Part shown: in pieces, positions 33,950-44,461 of the stretch
How positions within the stretch are numbered: position 1 is the first letter of the stretch
Layout of the letters: each line of letters starts with the position of its first letter
Origin: an uncultured Clostridium sp.
Lineage (GTDB): Bacteria; Bacillota; Clostridia; TANB77; CAG-508
Reading direction: 5' to 3'
Assembly: GCA_946565805.1 (NCBI GenBank)
Contig: CAMNWO010000012.1
Span: 6,209-70,208, forward strand
Length of the DNA stretch: 64,000 bases
Program-made: the position numbers and the translations under genes
Notes under the pieces: model-generated
The model's database searches: none
What the model was told of the DNA's origin: nothing
What the model saw: the letters and a program-made list of their open reading frames with translations, nothing else

Positions 33950-34140
33950 ATAGTTACCTTCCCTTCTGCTATTTCATTCGCAGCTAAAGTTACTGGTGAT
34001 TCTTCTCTTACACTTGTCTTTACTTCATCTCCTGCCGCTATTTGTCTTGCTCTTCTTGCTGTTGCAATAACTAATTCATATCTATTTTGTGCTTTGGTTA
34101 ATAATTGACCTACTGTTGGTTTTACTATCATTTTTTTCAA
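33943..34140 (-). CDS. rpoZ: RNA polymerase omega subunit
   Basis: NRYELVIATARRARQI ... PVTLAANEIAEGK. Confidence 0.92.
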   Translation of the reverse strand: MKKMIVKPTVGQLLTKAQNRYELVIATARRARQIAAGDEVKTSVREESPVTLAANEIAEGKVTIC

Positions 34141-34154
34141 TCCTTTCTTTTCTT

Positions 34155-34412
34155 TTATTTTTCGAATTCTTGGGAAATTGACTTATCAATTCTCCCTCCA
34201 ACCGTTTCTGGTTGAACTGCTGATAAAATAATATGTCCTGAATCCATAATTAATACTGCTCTCGTTCTTCTTCCATAGGTTGCATCAACTGCTGTTTTAT
34301 TGTCTTTTGCTTCTTGCACCATTCTTTTAATTGGTGCTGATTCAGGGCTTACGATTGCTACAATTCTTTCTGATGAAACAATGTTTCCAAATCCAATGTT
34401 TACTAATTGCAT
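34155..34412 (-). CDS. remA: DUF370/RemA family regulator
   Basis: [10 protein letters not shown] ... SAPIKR ... [11 protein letters not shown]; start moved to ATG after GGAGG. Confidence 0.92.
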   Translation of the reverse strand: MQLVNIGFGNIVSSERIVAIVSPESAPIKRMVQEAKDNKTAVDATYGRRTRAVLIMDSGHIILSAVQPETVGGRIDKSISQEFEK

Positions 34413-34458
34413 TACTACTTCCTCCATTTCTTTGCCAAATGGCAATCCTTTTTTCAAA

Positions 34459-35334
34459 TTATTCTATGTTTTGAATTTGTTCTCTAACATTTTCCAACTC
34501 TGTCTTTACATCAATTACATTATTTGTAATTTCTAAATTATTTGCCTTTGAACCAATGGTATTCGTTTCACGGTTCATTTCTTGAATGATAAAGTCTAAT
34601 TTTTTTCCAATAGCTTCTTCTGAATCTAAAAGTTTTTGAAATTGTGATATATGACTTTTTAGTCTAGTAACTTCTTCTTCAACAGAGCATTTATCTGCAT
34701 AGATAACAACTTCTTGTGCTAGTCTTGCTGGATCTACTTCTTGATTTTTTAATATTTCCTTTATTCTGCCTTCTAATTTTACTACATATTCCTCAATAAG
34801 TCCAGTAGAAAGTGAAGATATTTCTTTTACTTTTTCTTGAATTGTTTGAATTCTTTCCCTTAAGTCCTCTGCTATCTTTTGTCCTTCTACTTGTCTCATT
34901 TGTACTAGATTCTTAGTCGCTTTTCTAACCGTTTCTATTAATTCATCTTTTATCGTTTCATCTTCTTGATTATTTTGAATACTTAAAACATCTGGAAATT
35001 TAGATATTTCCGTTACTTCAATATTTGCTAAAATTTCTTCTTGTTTTGCTAATCTTTTTAGTTCATCAATATAAATTTTAGCAATTTCTGTATTAATTTT
35101 TATTTCTTTTCCTTCTGTTGAATTGTTTTGAAAAGTAATAAAAACATCAATTTTTCCTCTTTTTACATAGGTTGCAATTTCCTTTTTTATGGCTTCTTCT
35201 AAATAACTTAATATTCTTGGCATCTTTACCGAAATGTCTAAATATCTATGATTCACACTTTTTATTTCTACCTGATACTCTTTTTCATTTTTCTCTAGAT
35301 TGGCTTTACCATATCCTGTCATACTTTTAATCAT
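34459..35334 (-). CDS. yicC: YicC/YloC family endoribonuclease
   Basis: [46 protein letters not shown]. Confidence 0.93.
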   Translation of the reverse strand: MIKSMTGYGKANLEKNEKEYQVEIKSVNHRYLDISVKMPRILSYLEEAIKKEIATYVKRGKIDVFITFQNNSTEGKEIKINTEIAKIYIDELKRLAKQEEILANIEVTEISKFPDVLSIQNNQEDETIKDELIETVRKATKNLVQMRQVEGQKIAEDLRERIQTIQEKVKEISSLSTGLIEEYVVKLEGRIKEILKNQEVDPARLAQEVVIYADKCSVEEEVTRLKSHISQFQKLLDSEEAIGKKLDFIIQEMNRETNTIGSKANNLEITNNVIDVKTELENVREQIQNIE

Positions 35335-35923
35335 TTTTTATTACCTCCTTCTTTTGTCTTCCTCTCTTTTTCTTTTCTGGCCCTTTTTTATCTTCTTCTT
35401 TTGTTTTTTCTCTTTTTTTAGCTTCTTTTTTGACTGGCTCTTCTTTCTTAACAATTTCTGAAATGTCGCTTAAACTATTCAAATATTCTTTTCTTCCCTT
35501 TGTATATAATACAATTGATTTCAATACATAGTAAATAGAAAAAACATAAGAAGAAGTTAATAAATAAAATCTAAAGTCATATTGAAACATCGTAATTACA
35601 TGCATAATAGATAAGCTATGTAAAGATAGAAATAAAAATTCTACTCCTGTTATTCCCATAGTTCCATTATCTTTTTTATATGCTTTTTCTAAAAATATAA
35701 TTCCAACTACTAAAAAAGCTCCTGCAAATACTTTGATATCTCCTATTAATCTTTCTTGTTGCATGGTAACATAGGCTAAATTTAAAATGATAAAGTAAAA
35801 CATGATACCTACTGCTCTTAATAAATTACCAAAAATCTTCTTCAAAATTTCTTGTGATATTTCTTTGGGAAGCTTTTTGCTTTTTTCTTGTGTTTCTTCT
35901 TTTTTAATTGTATCTTTTACCAT
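35327..35923 (-). CDS. Hypothetical 4-TM membrane protein
   Basis: ORF track; hydrophobic segments; in operon with rsmE and yicC. Confidence 0.7.
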   Translation of the reverse strand: MVKDTIKKEETQEKSKKLPKEISQEILKKIFGNLLRAVGIMFYFIILNLAYVTMQQERLIGDIKVFAGAFLVVGIIFLEKAYKKDNGTMGITGVEFLFLSLHSLSIMHVITMFQYDFRFYLLTSSYVFSIYYVLKSIVLYTKGRKEYLNSLSDISEIVKKEEPVKKEAKKREKTKEEDKKGPEKKKRGRQKKEVIKND

Positions 35924-35937
35924 CTATTTCAATCCCT

Positions 35938-36687
35938 TCATTTTTCTAATTCATACATGATAATGCTGAGCATACTAAGTGCTACTGTTTCGGTTCTTAA
36001 GATTCGATTTCCTAATGTTACTATCTTAGCTCCACTTTCTTTTAATTCCTCTATCTCTTTTTCCTCAATGCCACCTTCTGGACCAATTAAAATAGCAATT
36101 TTTAGATGTTCTTCTTGTTTACTCTTTAATTTCTCTAATTCTTGTTTTAATTTATTTTCTTTTTCGTTTTCATAAGCCACAATTACTATATCATAACTTT
36201 CACATAAATGACAAATATTTTTAATATTTTGTATTCTATTAATCTGTGGAATTCTATCTCTTCCACTTTGCTTAGCTGCTACTTCTGCAATTTTTTGCCA
36301 TCGTTCTCTCTTCTTTGCTTTGTCTTTTTCATTTAATCTAACTACACAACGTTTCATTTCTACTGGCGTAATAGCATAAGCACCTAACTCTACTGATTTC
36401 TGAATCACTAATTCCATTTTATCGGCTTTAGGTAATCCTTGGAAAACGGTTACTTCTATATTAGATTCTACTGTCTCTTCTATTTTTTGTTTGATTTCAC
36501 AAATTATTTTTTCATTTTCAATTTTTTCAATGCTAGCTATAAAATTTTCTCCACTTTCACTGTTCCCTATTTGTAGTTCTTCTCCTATTTGTGCTCTTAA
36601 TACTTTTTTAATATGATTGATGTCTTGCCCTTTTATGATGATTGTATTATCTTGAATTTGTTCTTGCTTTACAAAGAATTTTGGCAT
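35938..36687 (-). CDS. rsmE: 16S rRNA m3U1498 methyltransferase
   Basis: HIKKVLR, QKSVELG, AAKQSGR, IGPEGG, LGNRILRTETV. Confidence 0.95.
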   Translation of the reverse strand: MPKFFVKQEQIQDNTIIIKGQDINHIKKVLRAQIGEELQIGNSESGENFIASIEKIENEKIICEIKQKIEETVESNIEVTVFQGLPKADKMELVIQKSVELGAYAITPVEMKRCVVRLNEKDKAKKRERWQKIAEVAAKQSGRDRIPQINRIQNIKNICHLCESYDIVIVAYENEKENKLKQELEKLKSKQEEHLKIAILIGPEGGIEEKEIEELKESGAKIVTLGNRILRTETVALSMLSIIMYELEK

Positions 36688-36793
36688 ATGTTTCTCCTTT
36701 AATTTTATATTATGGATTATAACATATTATCTCTGCTTTTTCAAATAAATTTAAACCAAATAAAAAAATTATGTAAATTTTTTATTTTTTCTA

Positions 36794-36822
36794 TTGACTT
36801 ATGTAAATTTATATGCTATAAT
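36794..36822 (+). promoter_or_regulatory. Strong sigma-A promoter pointing into the tandem repeat
   Basis: TTGACT-17 bp-TATAAT with extended -10 TG; predicted +1 near 36829, the start of repeat unit 1. Confidence 0.8.
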
Positions 36823-36828
36823 AGCTAC

Positions 36829-37510
36829 TGTAATTGCTCGAGAGCAATTGTAATTGTCACTGTCATCAGTACACATTTAGTGCTGAATGGCTAAACCTTT
36901 TTTTCAATTTCATAAGGAGGAGATCTCATGAAAAGAGCAGGACCTAGAAAAAAATTATCTAATTTAAATTTGATATTTTCATGATCCGGCAGCTGCGCAG
37001 CGAGCGCAACCTATGAGGTGAAACTATGATAAAAATAAGAAAAGGTAGTTTCCCGGTGGGCTTTGTCCCTCTGGAGTGGTTTCACTAGAAAGTGAAAAAA
37101 GATGCGATTTGTGTGAGTCTAAACATCTTTTATACCACTAAAACAGACTCAAGTGTAATTTTTTAATAGTTAATATGTAATTGCTCGAGAGCAATTGCAA
37201 CAGTCACTGTCATCAGTACACGTTTAGTGCTGAATGGCTAAACCTTTTTTCAATTTCATAAGGAGGAGATCTCATGAAAAGAGCAGGACCTAGAAAAAAA
37301 TTATCTAATTTAAATTTGATATTTTCATGATCCGGCAGCTGCGCAGCGAGCGCAACCTATGAGGTGAAACTATGATAAAAATAAGAAAAGGTAGTTTCCC
37401 GGTGGGCTTTGTCCCTCTGGAGTGGTTTCACTAGAAAGTGAAAAAAGATGCGATTTGTGTGAGTCTAAACATCTTTTATACCACTAAAACAGACTCAAGT
37501 GTGATTTTTA
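36829..37510 (+). ncRNA. Two near-identical tandem ~330-nt units (start 36829 and 37176); putative structured ncRNA, possibly with small ORFs
   Basis: Direct repeat seen in sequence; many predicted stems and a 3' pseudoknot; upstream promoter and downstream terminator; family not recognised. Confidence 0.6.
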
Positions 37511-37552
37511 AAAAGAGAGCATCCGTACTAAAGTACACTAATGCTCTCTTTG
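37510..37552. terminator. Bidirectional terminator
   Basis: AAAGAGAGCAT...ATGCTCTCTTT hairpin between the repeat transcript and rubrerythrin. Confidence 0.7.
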
Positions 37553-37576
37553 CTTTTACAAAAATCAATATTTTAA

Positions 37577-38116
37577 TTAATAGTTTTCCGCTTTGATTTC
37601 AAAATATGCTCTTGGATGAGCACATACTGGACAGATTTCTGGAGCTTCTTTTCCAATTACAATGTGTCCACAGTTTCTACATTTCCAGATTTTATCTCCA
37701 TCACGACTAAATACTAATCCATCTTCTACATTTTCTAATAATTTTTTGTATCTTTCTTCATGTTCTTTTTCTATTTTTCCTACTTCTTCAAATAAATATG
37801 CAATATGGTCAAATCCTTCTTCTTTTGCTTCTTTTGCCATTCTATCATACATATCTGTCCATTCAAAGTTTTCTCCTTCAGCTGCTGCTTTTAGATTTTC
37901 CTTAGTTGAAGATATTTCACCACCATTTAATAATTTGAACCACATTTTTGCATGTTCTTTTTCATTATCTGCTGTTTCTTGGAAAATAGCTGCAATTTGT
38001 TCATACCCTTCTTTTTTTGCCTTACTTGCAAAATAGGTATATTTGTTTCTTGCTTGTGATTCTCCTGCAAATGCCTCCATTAAATTTTGTTCTGTTTTAC
38101 TTCCTTTTAGTTCCAT
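37577..38116 (-). CDS. rbr: Rubrerythrin
   Basis: [32 protein letters not shown]. Confidence 0.95.
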   Translation of the reverse strand: MELKGSKTEQNLMEAFAGESQARNKYTYFASKAKKEGYEQIAAIFQETADNEKEHAKMWFKLLNGGEISSTKENLKAAAEGENFEWTDMYDRMAKEAKEEGFDHIAYLFEEVGKIEKEHEERYKKLLENVEDGLVFSRDGDKIWKCRNCGHIVIGKEAPEICPVCAHPRAYFEIKAENY

Positions 38117-38374
38117 TCTCTTTTTTCCTCCTTAATTTTTATTTTACATTTTCTATAAAGAATTATGTACGTTTTTTATCTTTTTATTCCTTTTGCCTAG
38201 ATTTCTAAAATGTCTCCATCTTCTAAATAGTACTAATACTGTTAGTTATTTTATACAATTATTTTTGAGTTGTCAAGTAATCTATTCTTATATAACAAAA
38301 AACTAGCTCTTTTGAGCTAGTTTTTTGCATCCTGCTTGCACTTGCAATAATTTGGAAATTGCATTACTTTTCTG

Positions 38375-39166
38375 TTATTGGCACGAATCCACTTCTTCTC
38401 CTACTTGTCTCATGCGATAACTCTTGTTATTCTTCACATCAAAAGTATAGATAATTTCATCATCAAAGTCATTGTCAACAACCTTAAATCCAAGTGGCCT
38501 GTATTCATGGCGATATACTGGTATAATTTTCATTTTTCCGTCAAGTAAAGCCATGAATGTCTTAATCTTATCTTCTTCCTGCATTTCCTCGCCACAACTT
38601 CTAGCATACTCGCAAACATCATAAAAGTATTGGCATATTTTGAGAGGAAATCCCCTGCTACACAACTCATCCCATTCTGTGTTTACTCGATGTATAACCT
38701 TCCACAAATTCTCATAGTTTTGGAAAATCATACCATCGCGCCAATATTCATGTTGTTCATCTAAATCATGCATACCAATACGATTAATACGTATAATTTC
38801 GCTGATGCATATAAGCTTGTTCATGAGCTCCCCTTTATTCTGAGACTGAGAGTTAAGATTGAGAGCTTCAACATGAAGTGCATCAAATTCTCTAAAAATC
38901 TTTTGGAATACTTTAACCTCTTCCTCACTCATTCTTTCATAGTTTCGTGTGTTCATAGCAAGATATCTTACTGCAGTTTCAATTATACCATCCCAACTTC
39001 TACCATTTCCGTCTTTCCAATTGGCCTTAGCAGACATCGTCTTCTTAAAGAAAGCATTAAACATAGGCTCGGTTTGCTTTGCACAAGATACATGATAATT
39101 GGTTCTATTCATGTAGTCTGTTATCCGAGAGATAAAATGGTTTTCCTTTTTTCTTTTTCCAAACAT
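38375..39166 (-). CDS. Hypothetical protein (accessory)
   Basis: 263-aa ORF with AGGAGG RBS; no recognised motif. Confidence 0.65.
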   Translation of the reverse strand: MFGKRKKENHFISRITDYMNRTNYHVSCAKQTEPMFNAFFKKTMSAKANWKDGNGRSWDGIIETAVRYLAMNTRNYERMSEEEVKVFQKIFREFDALHVEALNLNSQSQNKGELMNKLICISEIIRINRIGMHDLDEQHEYWRDGMIFQNYENLWKVIHRVNTEWDELCSRGFPLKICQYFYDVCEYARSCGEEMQEEDKIKTFMALLDGKMKIIPVYRHEYRPLGFKVVDNDFDDEIIYTFDVKNNKSYRMRQVGEEVDSCQ

Positions 39167-39279
39167 AGCAGTTCCTCCTTATTTTTTATAAAATTGTTTA
39201 AATATCTGTATAAGCATAAGGAATAAACAATGCTTATAGCAAGAGTATATCACGCTTTACATAAAAAGTCAATTTCTCA

Positions 39280-39498
39280 ATGTTATTTAATTTTAAAAAA
39301 CGGAAACTCGAAAAAGAAGAAACCAGTCGTTCAGAAGTATTTTCAAGGATAGCTGAGGCAAAACGAAATGGGCGCACTGATGTCCACATCGATGCCCGAA
39401 TTTCGACAGAATTATATAACGAATTAAGCTTAATGGGACATTCAGTATATATAAATCCCAGATTTTCAAGCACACATATTTATTGGAAAAACTTTTAG
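39280..39498 (+). CDS. Small hypothetical protein
   Basis: 72-aa ORF with plausible composition but weak RBS. Confidence 0.4.
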   Translation: MLFNFKKRKLEKEETSRSEVFSRIAEAKRNGRTDVHIDARISTELYNELSLMGHSVYINPRFSSTHIYWKNF

Positions 39499-39677
39499 TC
39501 CAGATTGGAAGCATTATTGGTGCTATAAATTAGATAATGCGTATAAAATACAGAATGAAGCAACTGTCAATACTTGCTCCATTCTGTATTTTTATTTATC
39601 AATCTTAGCATTCCATCTTTTCCCATATAATAAAAAATGTCCTCATAGAATGCAGAATTCTATAAAAACACTTAAAC

Positions 39678-39760
39678 TGGTACCGATGGTGGGACTCGAA
39701 CCCACATGGTTTCCCGCTGGATTTTGAATCCAGTGCGTCTACCAATTCCGCCACATCGGC
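39678..39760 (-). tRNA. tRNA-Leu(CAA)
   Basis: GCCGATG acceptor stem, CTGGA-TTCAAAA-TCCAG anticodon arm, long variable arm, GGTTCGAGTCC, encoded CCA. Confidence 0.96.
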
Positions 39761-40001
39761 ATATTCTATTTACTAATATATATTAGCACATATTTTTTTT
39801 CTTGTCTAGATTTTTTTCAATTTTTTTACTAAACCTTAAATTTAAAAGTAACTTCCATTAAAATAAAGAATAAATTTGTAAACTTGTATACAAATAAATT
39901 ATATTTTAAGTCGACATAAGCTTGCTATTTATGTTAAATTGTGATATAATAAGTTTGTAACAAAAATTTAGTATTAGTCATGAATGACAGGAGGAAAACA
40001 G

Positions 40002-40628
40002 ATGAACGAAATTTTAAAACTCAAAGGAAACTTACAGTTAATCTCCACATTAGAGGATGTACAGCGGCTACTAAAAAAGAACATCCGGGTTTCATTTCCT
40101 AAAGAAGAATTAGGAGCGTTGGAAAGTAATGAACTTTTTGCAGCAGCTACGAAGGATGGTTTTTCAGTAGAAACTCTGCGGCAGATCTGTGAGCCTGCCT
40201 TAGATTATTTTCTCGAAAAAATCAATTGGGAGAAAATAAAATCTTGCTCTGCGATACAGCTGTTACAGATTTTCGACAACGAAAAAGATTTCGACTTAGA
40301 AGCTGTCAACGGTACATACCTGTTTAATCTTGCACTTTCTCAGGACAACTTTAAGGAATGCCTTTCTCCAGAAGTAAAAAAACAGGATATCTTTTCCCGG
40401 GCTTGCAAACTTGTTGTCGAAAAGAAAAACATTTCTTTCAATACAGCAATCAAAAGAGCTATCGCTCAAACACAGTCTCCGGACTTCATTTCTTCTGAAA
40501 TTGAAATCGCAAAAGAACAGATTGATACTTTAATGTCAGTACTCAATCCTTGGCTTGATTTCTATTTCGAAAATGAAAGAGAACTGGTTACTTCTCTCTT
40601 CATACAGAAAATATTCCAACATGACTAA
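40002..40628 (+). CDS. Hypothetical protein (accessory, near tRNA-Leu)
   Basis: GGAGG RBS; TTGCTA-17-TATAAT promoter at 39922-39950; terminator near 40654-40691. Confidence 0.65.
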   Translation: MNEILKLKGNLQLISTLEDVQRLLKKNIRVSFPKEELGALESNELFAAATKDGFSVETLRQICEPALDYFLEKINWEKIKSCSAIQLLQIFDNEKDFDLEAVNGTYLFNLALSQDNFKECLSPEVKKQDIFSRACKLVVEKKNISFNTAIKRAIAQTQSPDFISSEIEIAKEQIDTLMSVLNPWLDFYFENERELVTSLFIQKIFQHD

Positions 40629-40713
40629 AGAGTCTGCTTTCAGGCTCTACACACCAAAAGCCAACTCTATAATAGGGGTTGGCTTTTGGTTATTGTATTT
40701 TTAGTAATTTCTA

Positions 40714-41971
40714 TTATGAAACTTTAAGTAATTCACCTGCATAAATTAAATTTGGATTACGGATGCCATTCAAATTCACTAAGTATTGAACAGTAACCCC
40801 ATATCTTCTAGCAATTCCAGACAAAGTATCTCCTCTTTGAATGGTATAATAGTTATTTTGCATTACTGGATTCAAATTGGTATTAGAACTTTCTGTAATT
40901 CGTAACTTTTCTCCTGGATAAATCAGATTTGGATTTTGTATGTTATTCATTTGTACAATATGATTAACTGTAACACCGTAAGCACTTGCTATTTGTGATA
41001 ATGTATTTCCTCTTTGTACTGTATAAGTAATACTTCCTGTTCCTCTTGTTTCAGAGCCATGTATGGTTGAATTGGTTGCAACTCTTATCGTTTCTCCTGG
41101 ATAAATTAAGTTTGGATTAGCTATATTGTTAATACTTACTAATTCTTGTACAGTTGTTCCATATCGACTAGCAATTTCTGATAATGTATCTCCTTTTCTT
41201 ATAGTATAAAAAATAGTTTCAGTATTGTTATTATTGTTTGGATTTTCTGTGTTTGGTATTTCACCTGTATCAGATAAGAAAATATTTTCTGTATATAAAT
41301 CTCTATCTACATTTCCTCGTATTCCTGGCACATATCCTCTATCTGTATATTGTACACCTATCCATCTTTCCCAACTTGTTTCTACATATCTTAGATTATT
41401 ATAATCCCCATAATAAGCAATCCATAATTCATAGTTATCTGCAATATTTCGACTAAACCTATCTCTAGCATTTGACAAATTACTATATACAATAACTTCT
41501 TTGTTGGTTAATCTTTTTACACTTTCCAAAAATACTTGTGCTATATTGTTTGATTCTTCTACACTCACTCCACTGAAAACTTCATAATCCATTACTAATT
41601 TACAGTCTGGTTGCTTTCCTGCTATTACAGAAGCAAAAAATTGTGCTTCTCTTTCTGCTTCACCGTGTATTAGTTGCCGTTAAGAAATGATAAAATCCTA
41701 CTTTTAACCCATTTGCTTTTGCATTTTCATAATTAATATCAAAATAAGCATCTTTGATATTACTTCCCTGACTCGCCTTGATGTATACTACTTCAATTCC
41801 ACTGTCTCGTACTTGCCTATAATCTATGTATCCTTGCCAATTGCTAACGTCAATCCCTTGATATCGTGGATTAGAACTAGGTGTTAGTGCATATGTTATA
41901 TTAATATCTGCAAAAAATAGAAAAGTTAAAGTCATAAAAATAATCAGTATTCGCTTCCTTGCTTTTCTCAC
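40714..41971 (-). CDS. Secreted GH25 lysozyme with three LysM domains, one +1 frameshift at CGG (41665); 418 aa restored
   Basis: Signal peptide, [14 protein letters not shown]; junction gives [21 protein letters not shown]; three GDTL/GNTL..IA..YG.TV LysM repeats. Confidence 0.9.
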
Positions 41972-42024
41972 AATAAAATCAACCTCCTTTGCTTATTTAT
42001 TTTACTTTATTATATGCAAACGAC

Positions 42025-42152
42025 ACAGTTGCGGACACCTCTTTTTTTGAGACAGGGGGGGACAGGTCTTTCCTGTCTCATTTTAAATTAATAAAATATT
42101 GGTTATGAAAAATCAAATGAGACAGGAAAGACCTGTCCCCCCTATCTCAAAA
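42025..42152. repeat. Palindromic MITE/REPIN-like element, family B copy 2
   Basis: Matches 8391-8555 in opposite orientation. Confidence 0.88.
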
Positions 42153-42154
42153 TC

Positions 42155-44446
42155 TTATTCGCAATCATATTCAAAAACTTGAATTTCTTTTATTTTCCTT
42201 TCTGAAAAATCATTTTCTTTGTCTAATTCTACTATTTTAAAGGATGTTCTTCTTTTTAGTACAGTTTCTATTCTAGAAACATCGACTAAAATTTTAGTTG
42301 ATAAATCTTGTCCTACTGGCAAAGTTTTATTTTGATTGTCATAAAAAATACTATTGGTAAAACTAATACAATTAGCGCCTTGTTTTAAACTGATTTTGTA
42401 AAAATTAATTTTGTCTTCTTCTTGTTCGATTGCTTTTTTAATTTCTTTTTCTGGATTGATATTAAATATATTAATTTCTTTTTCATCTAATAGTTTGTCT
42501 GCCATGGCTTTGTATACTGGTATGTCTTCCGTGATATTTACTTTTTCTAATGCTCCTTTTATGTTTTCGATTACATTTTCTAAAGATAGCTTATAACCAA
42601 TTTGCTTAGTTGTTTTTGTAATGTCTAAAATTGAAAATTTGTCTTTTGCTATTTCTCTATGTGTCTTATTATTAATTTTAGATACTTTTGACATATCATG
42701 TGCCATCCCACCAAAGATATCAAATTCTTCTCTTTCTGTTAATGCTTTTTCTTGTATTGCTTCTTTTTTTAATTCATTTAAACTTGCTGTAATATCTTTT
42801 GGAACAACCTCATTATTTTTTACTTTATTTAGAATTTCAATTAAATTAGTAGAAGTAATGTAAATACTGTCTGTTTCTAATTTTGTCAATAGCTTTCGTT
42901 GCATTTTATCCATAGTTTTTCCAAATTTTCCAATGTCTTCTTCATAATCAAAAACCTTAGTAATTTTCTTTATAATATTAACTTCTTCTTTCTCTCCTTC
43001 TGGTAAAGATGCAACTTCATCTTTATTGCTATATTTCCAAAATTCAAATATACTTTTTTTATGGCTATCAATTTCTTCAATATATAAACTTGCATTTTCA
43101 ATCTTTTTCGCCATATTTTTCTTCTTTAACTTTAAACTGTTAATATCTAACATAATATTTTTTAAGGTGTTTTCTAATTTTTCAAATTCTTTATATAAAT
43201 CTACTAGTTCCTCAATCGTATAATTTTTCTTATCTATTATTTTTGTTTTCTTGTTTTTCTTTTTCTCTACTTGTTTCTTTTCTTCTTGTCCTTCCGCTTC
43301 TACTTGGATTTTTTGTTTCATTTCTCCTTTGTTTTTCTTTTTATTATATTTAAAGTAATATTTGAATTTTCCAAAAAATGATTTTTTACATTCTAAGAAA
43401 GTAGAAATTTGTTTCTCTTTTGCTAAATATTCGATTTCTTGCATTGCTACTTCTGCTTTCAAATTTTCCAACTTCTTTTCATTTATTTGTATTAATTCTC
43501 TTGCTTCTCGAATTCTTTTCGCACCTATTTTATATTCATCATAAATCCAAGTAACAATATTGTCATACTCTATTTGAATTTCTTCATTATAAAATTTAAT
43601 TTCTCCATTTTCACCTATATTCGTTTTAAATATAAAATAGTGTGGTAATTCTGTTTGTAAAATAAACATTGCTTTGATTAGCTTATAAAATTTCTTTGCT
43701 TCTTCTTTACTCTCTAATTTTATTTTATAAGGACTTTTTATTTTTTCATATACATTGGTTTCTCCTACAATTTGAATACTTAAGTCTTCATTTTTTTCAT
43801 AAACTTCATATATTAATGGCCAATCTTTTGTAAAAAGCCATAAATAATTTTCAATATCTTCAAATTCTGACTTTTTTAAATATTCCCTACTATATCCTAC
43901 ATTTCTAATTGGTACAAATATCTTCCCTGTTCTACTTCTTTCTAATTGTTTTTTTAATAGATAGAAAAAGGTTGAATAATCAGAGTCTTCTGTTGGCACT
44001 AACATAAAATATTGATCTGAATTTTCAGAATAATAGATTTGCCACAAGTAATTTCCTTCAAATTTCACTTTAAATGGTATCTTTTTATTTAGGTTATTTT
44101 GTTCTTTTTCTATTTTTTCTATATCTTCTATTTTAACTTGTTTTAGCATATTTAAAAAAGTAGTATGCTTTAAAATATTCTCTTCCTTTTTGCTATCTAA
44201 GTAATCGGCTAATGGACTAGATTTTTTATATTTTTCTTCTATTTCGTCCAATCGATTCGTTGGTGATAACAAAATTTGTATATCTTTAATTGGCACATAA
44301 CGATATTGTCTGTATTGTTTTTCATCGTAAAATTTAGGTACTCGAAATTCCAATGGTTCGACTTTTTTAAATTTTGCTGGTATTTTATCTAAATTTAATC
44401 CTAGATATTGTAATTTTTCTTCTATACTTTCTGTTTTGGTAGACAA
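42155..44446 (-). CDS. Large Lys/Glu-rich coiled-coil hypothetical protein
   Basis: 763-aa ORF, AAGGAG RBS before TTG. Confidence 0.75.
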   Translation of the reverse strand: MSTKTESIEEKLQYLGLNLDKIPAKFKKVEPLEFRVPKFYDEKQYRQYRYVPIKDIQILLSPTNRLDEIEEKYKKSSPLADYLDSKKEENILKHTTFLNMLKQVKIEDIEKIEKEQNNLNKKIPFKVKFEGNYLWQIYYSENSDQYFMLVPTEDSDYSTFFYLLKKQLERSRTGKIFVPIRNVGYSREYLKKSEFEDIENYLWLFTKDWPLIYEVYEKNEDLSIQIVGETNVYEKIKSPYKIKLESKEEAKKFYKLIKAMFILQTELPHYFIFKTNIGENGEIKFYNEEIQIEYDNIVTWIYDEYKIGAKRIREARELIQINEKKLENLKAEVAMQEIEYLAKEKQISTFLECKKSFFGKFKYYFKYNKKKNKGEMKQKIQVEAEGQEEKKQVEKKKNKKTKIIDKKNYTIEELVDLYKEFEKLENTLKNIMLDINSLKLKKKNMAKKIENASLYIEEIDSHKKSIFEFWKYSNKDEVASLPEGEKEEVNIIKKITKVFDYEEDIGKFGKTMDKMQRKLLTKLETDSIYITSTNLIEILNKVKNNEVVPKDITASLNELKKEAIQEKALTEREEFDIFGGMAHDMSKVSKINNKTHREIAKDKFSILDITKTTKQIGYKLSLENVIENIKGALEKVNITEDIPVYKAMADKLLDEKEINIFNINPEKEIKKAIEQEEDKINFYKISLKQGANCISFTNSIFYDNQNKTLPVGQDLSTKILVDVSRIETVLKRRTSFKIVELDKENDFSERKIKEIQVFEYDCE

Positions 44447-44461
44447 GATTCTTCTCTCCTT

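Noticed and set aside
36712-36894. 60-aa ORF upstream of the tandem repeat
   Set aside because: It spans the promoter, has no RBS and looks like AT-rich intergenic sequence.
36829-37510. tmRNA, RNase P, CRISPR array or hammerhead ribozyme identity for the tandem unit
   Set aside because: No tRNA-like ends or CCA, no GAGGAAAGUCC, no repeat-spacer pattern; the minus-strand CTGATGA lacks a properly placed GAAA.
38375-40700. Prophage or integrative element at tRNA-Leu
   Set aside because: Only short orphan ORFs; no integrase and no duplicated tRNA 3' end seen.
16184-41665. Stop-codon readthrough or selenocysteine at CGG-TAG (16184-16189) and CGG-TGA (41660-41665)
   Set aside because: Homology continues in the +1 frame, not the 0 frame.
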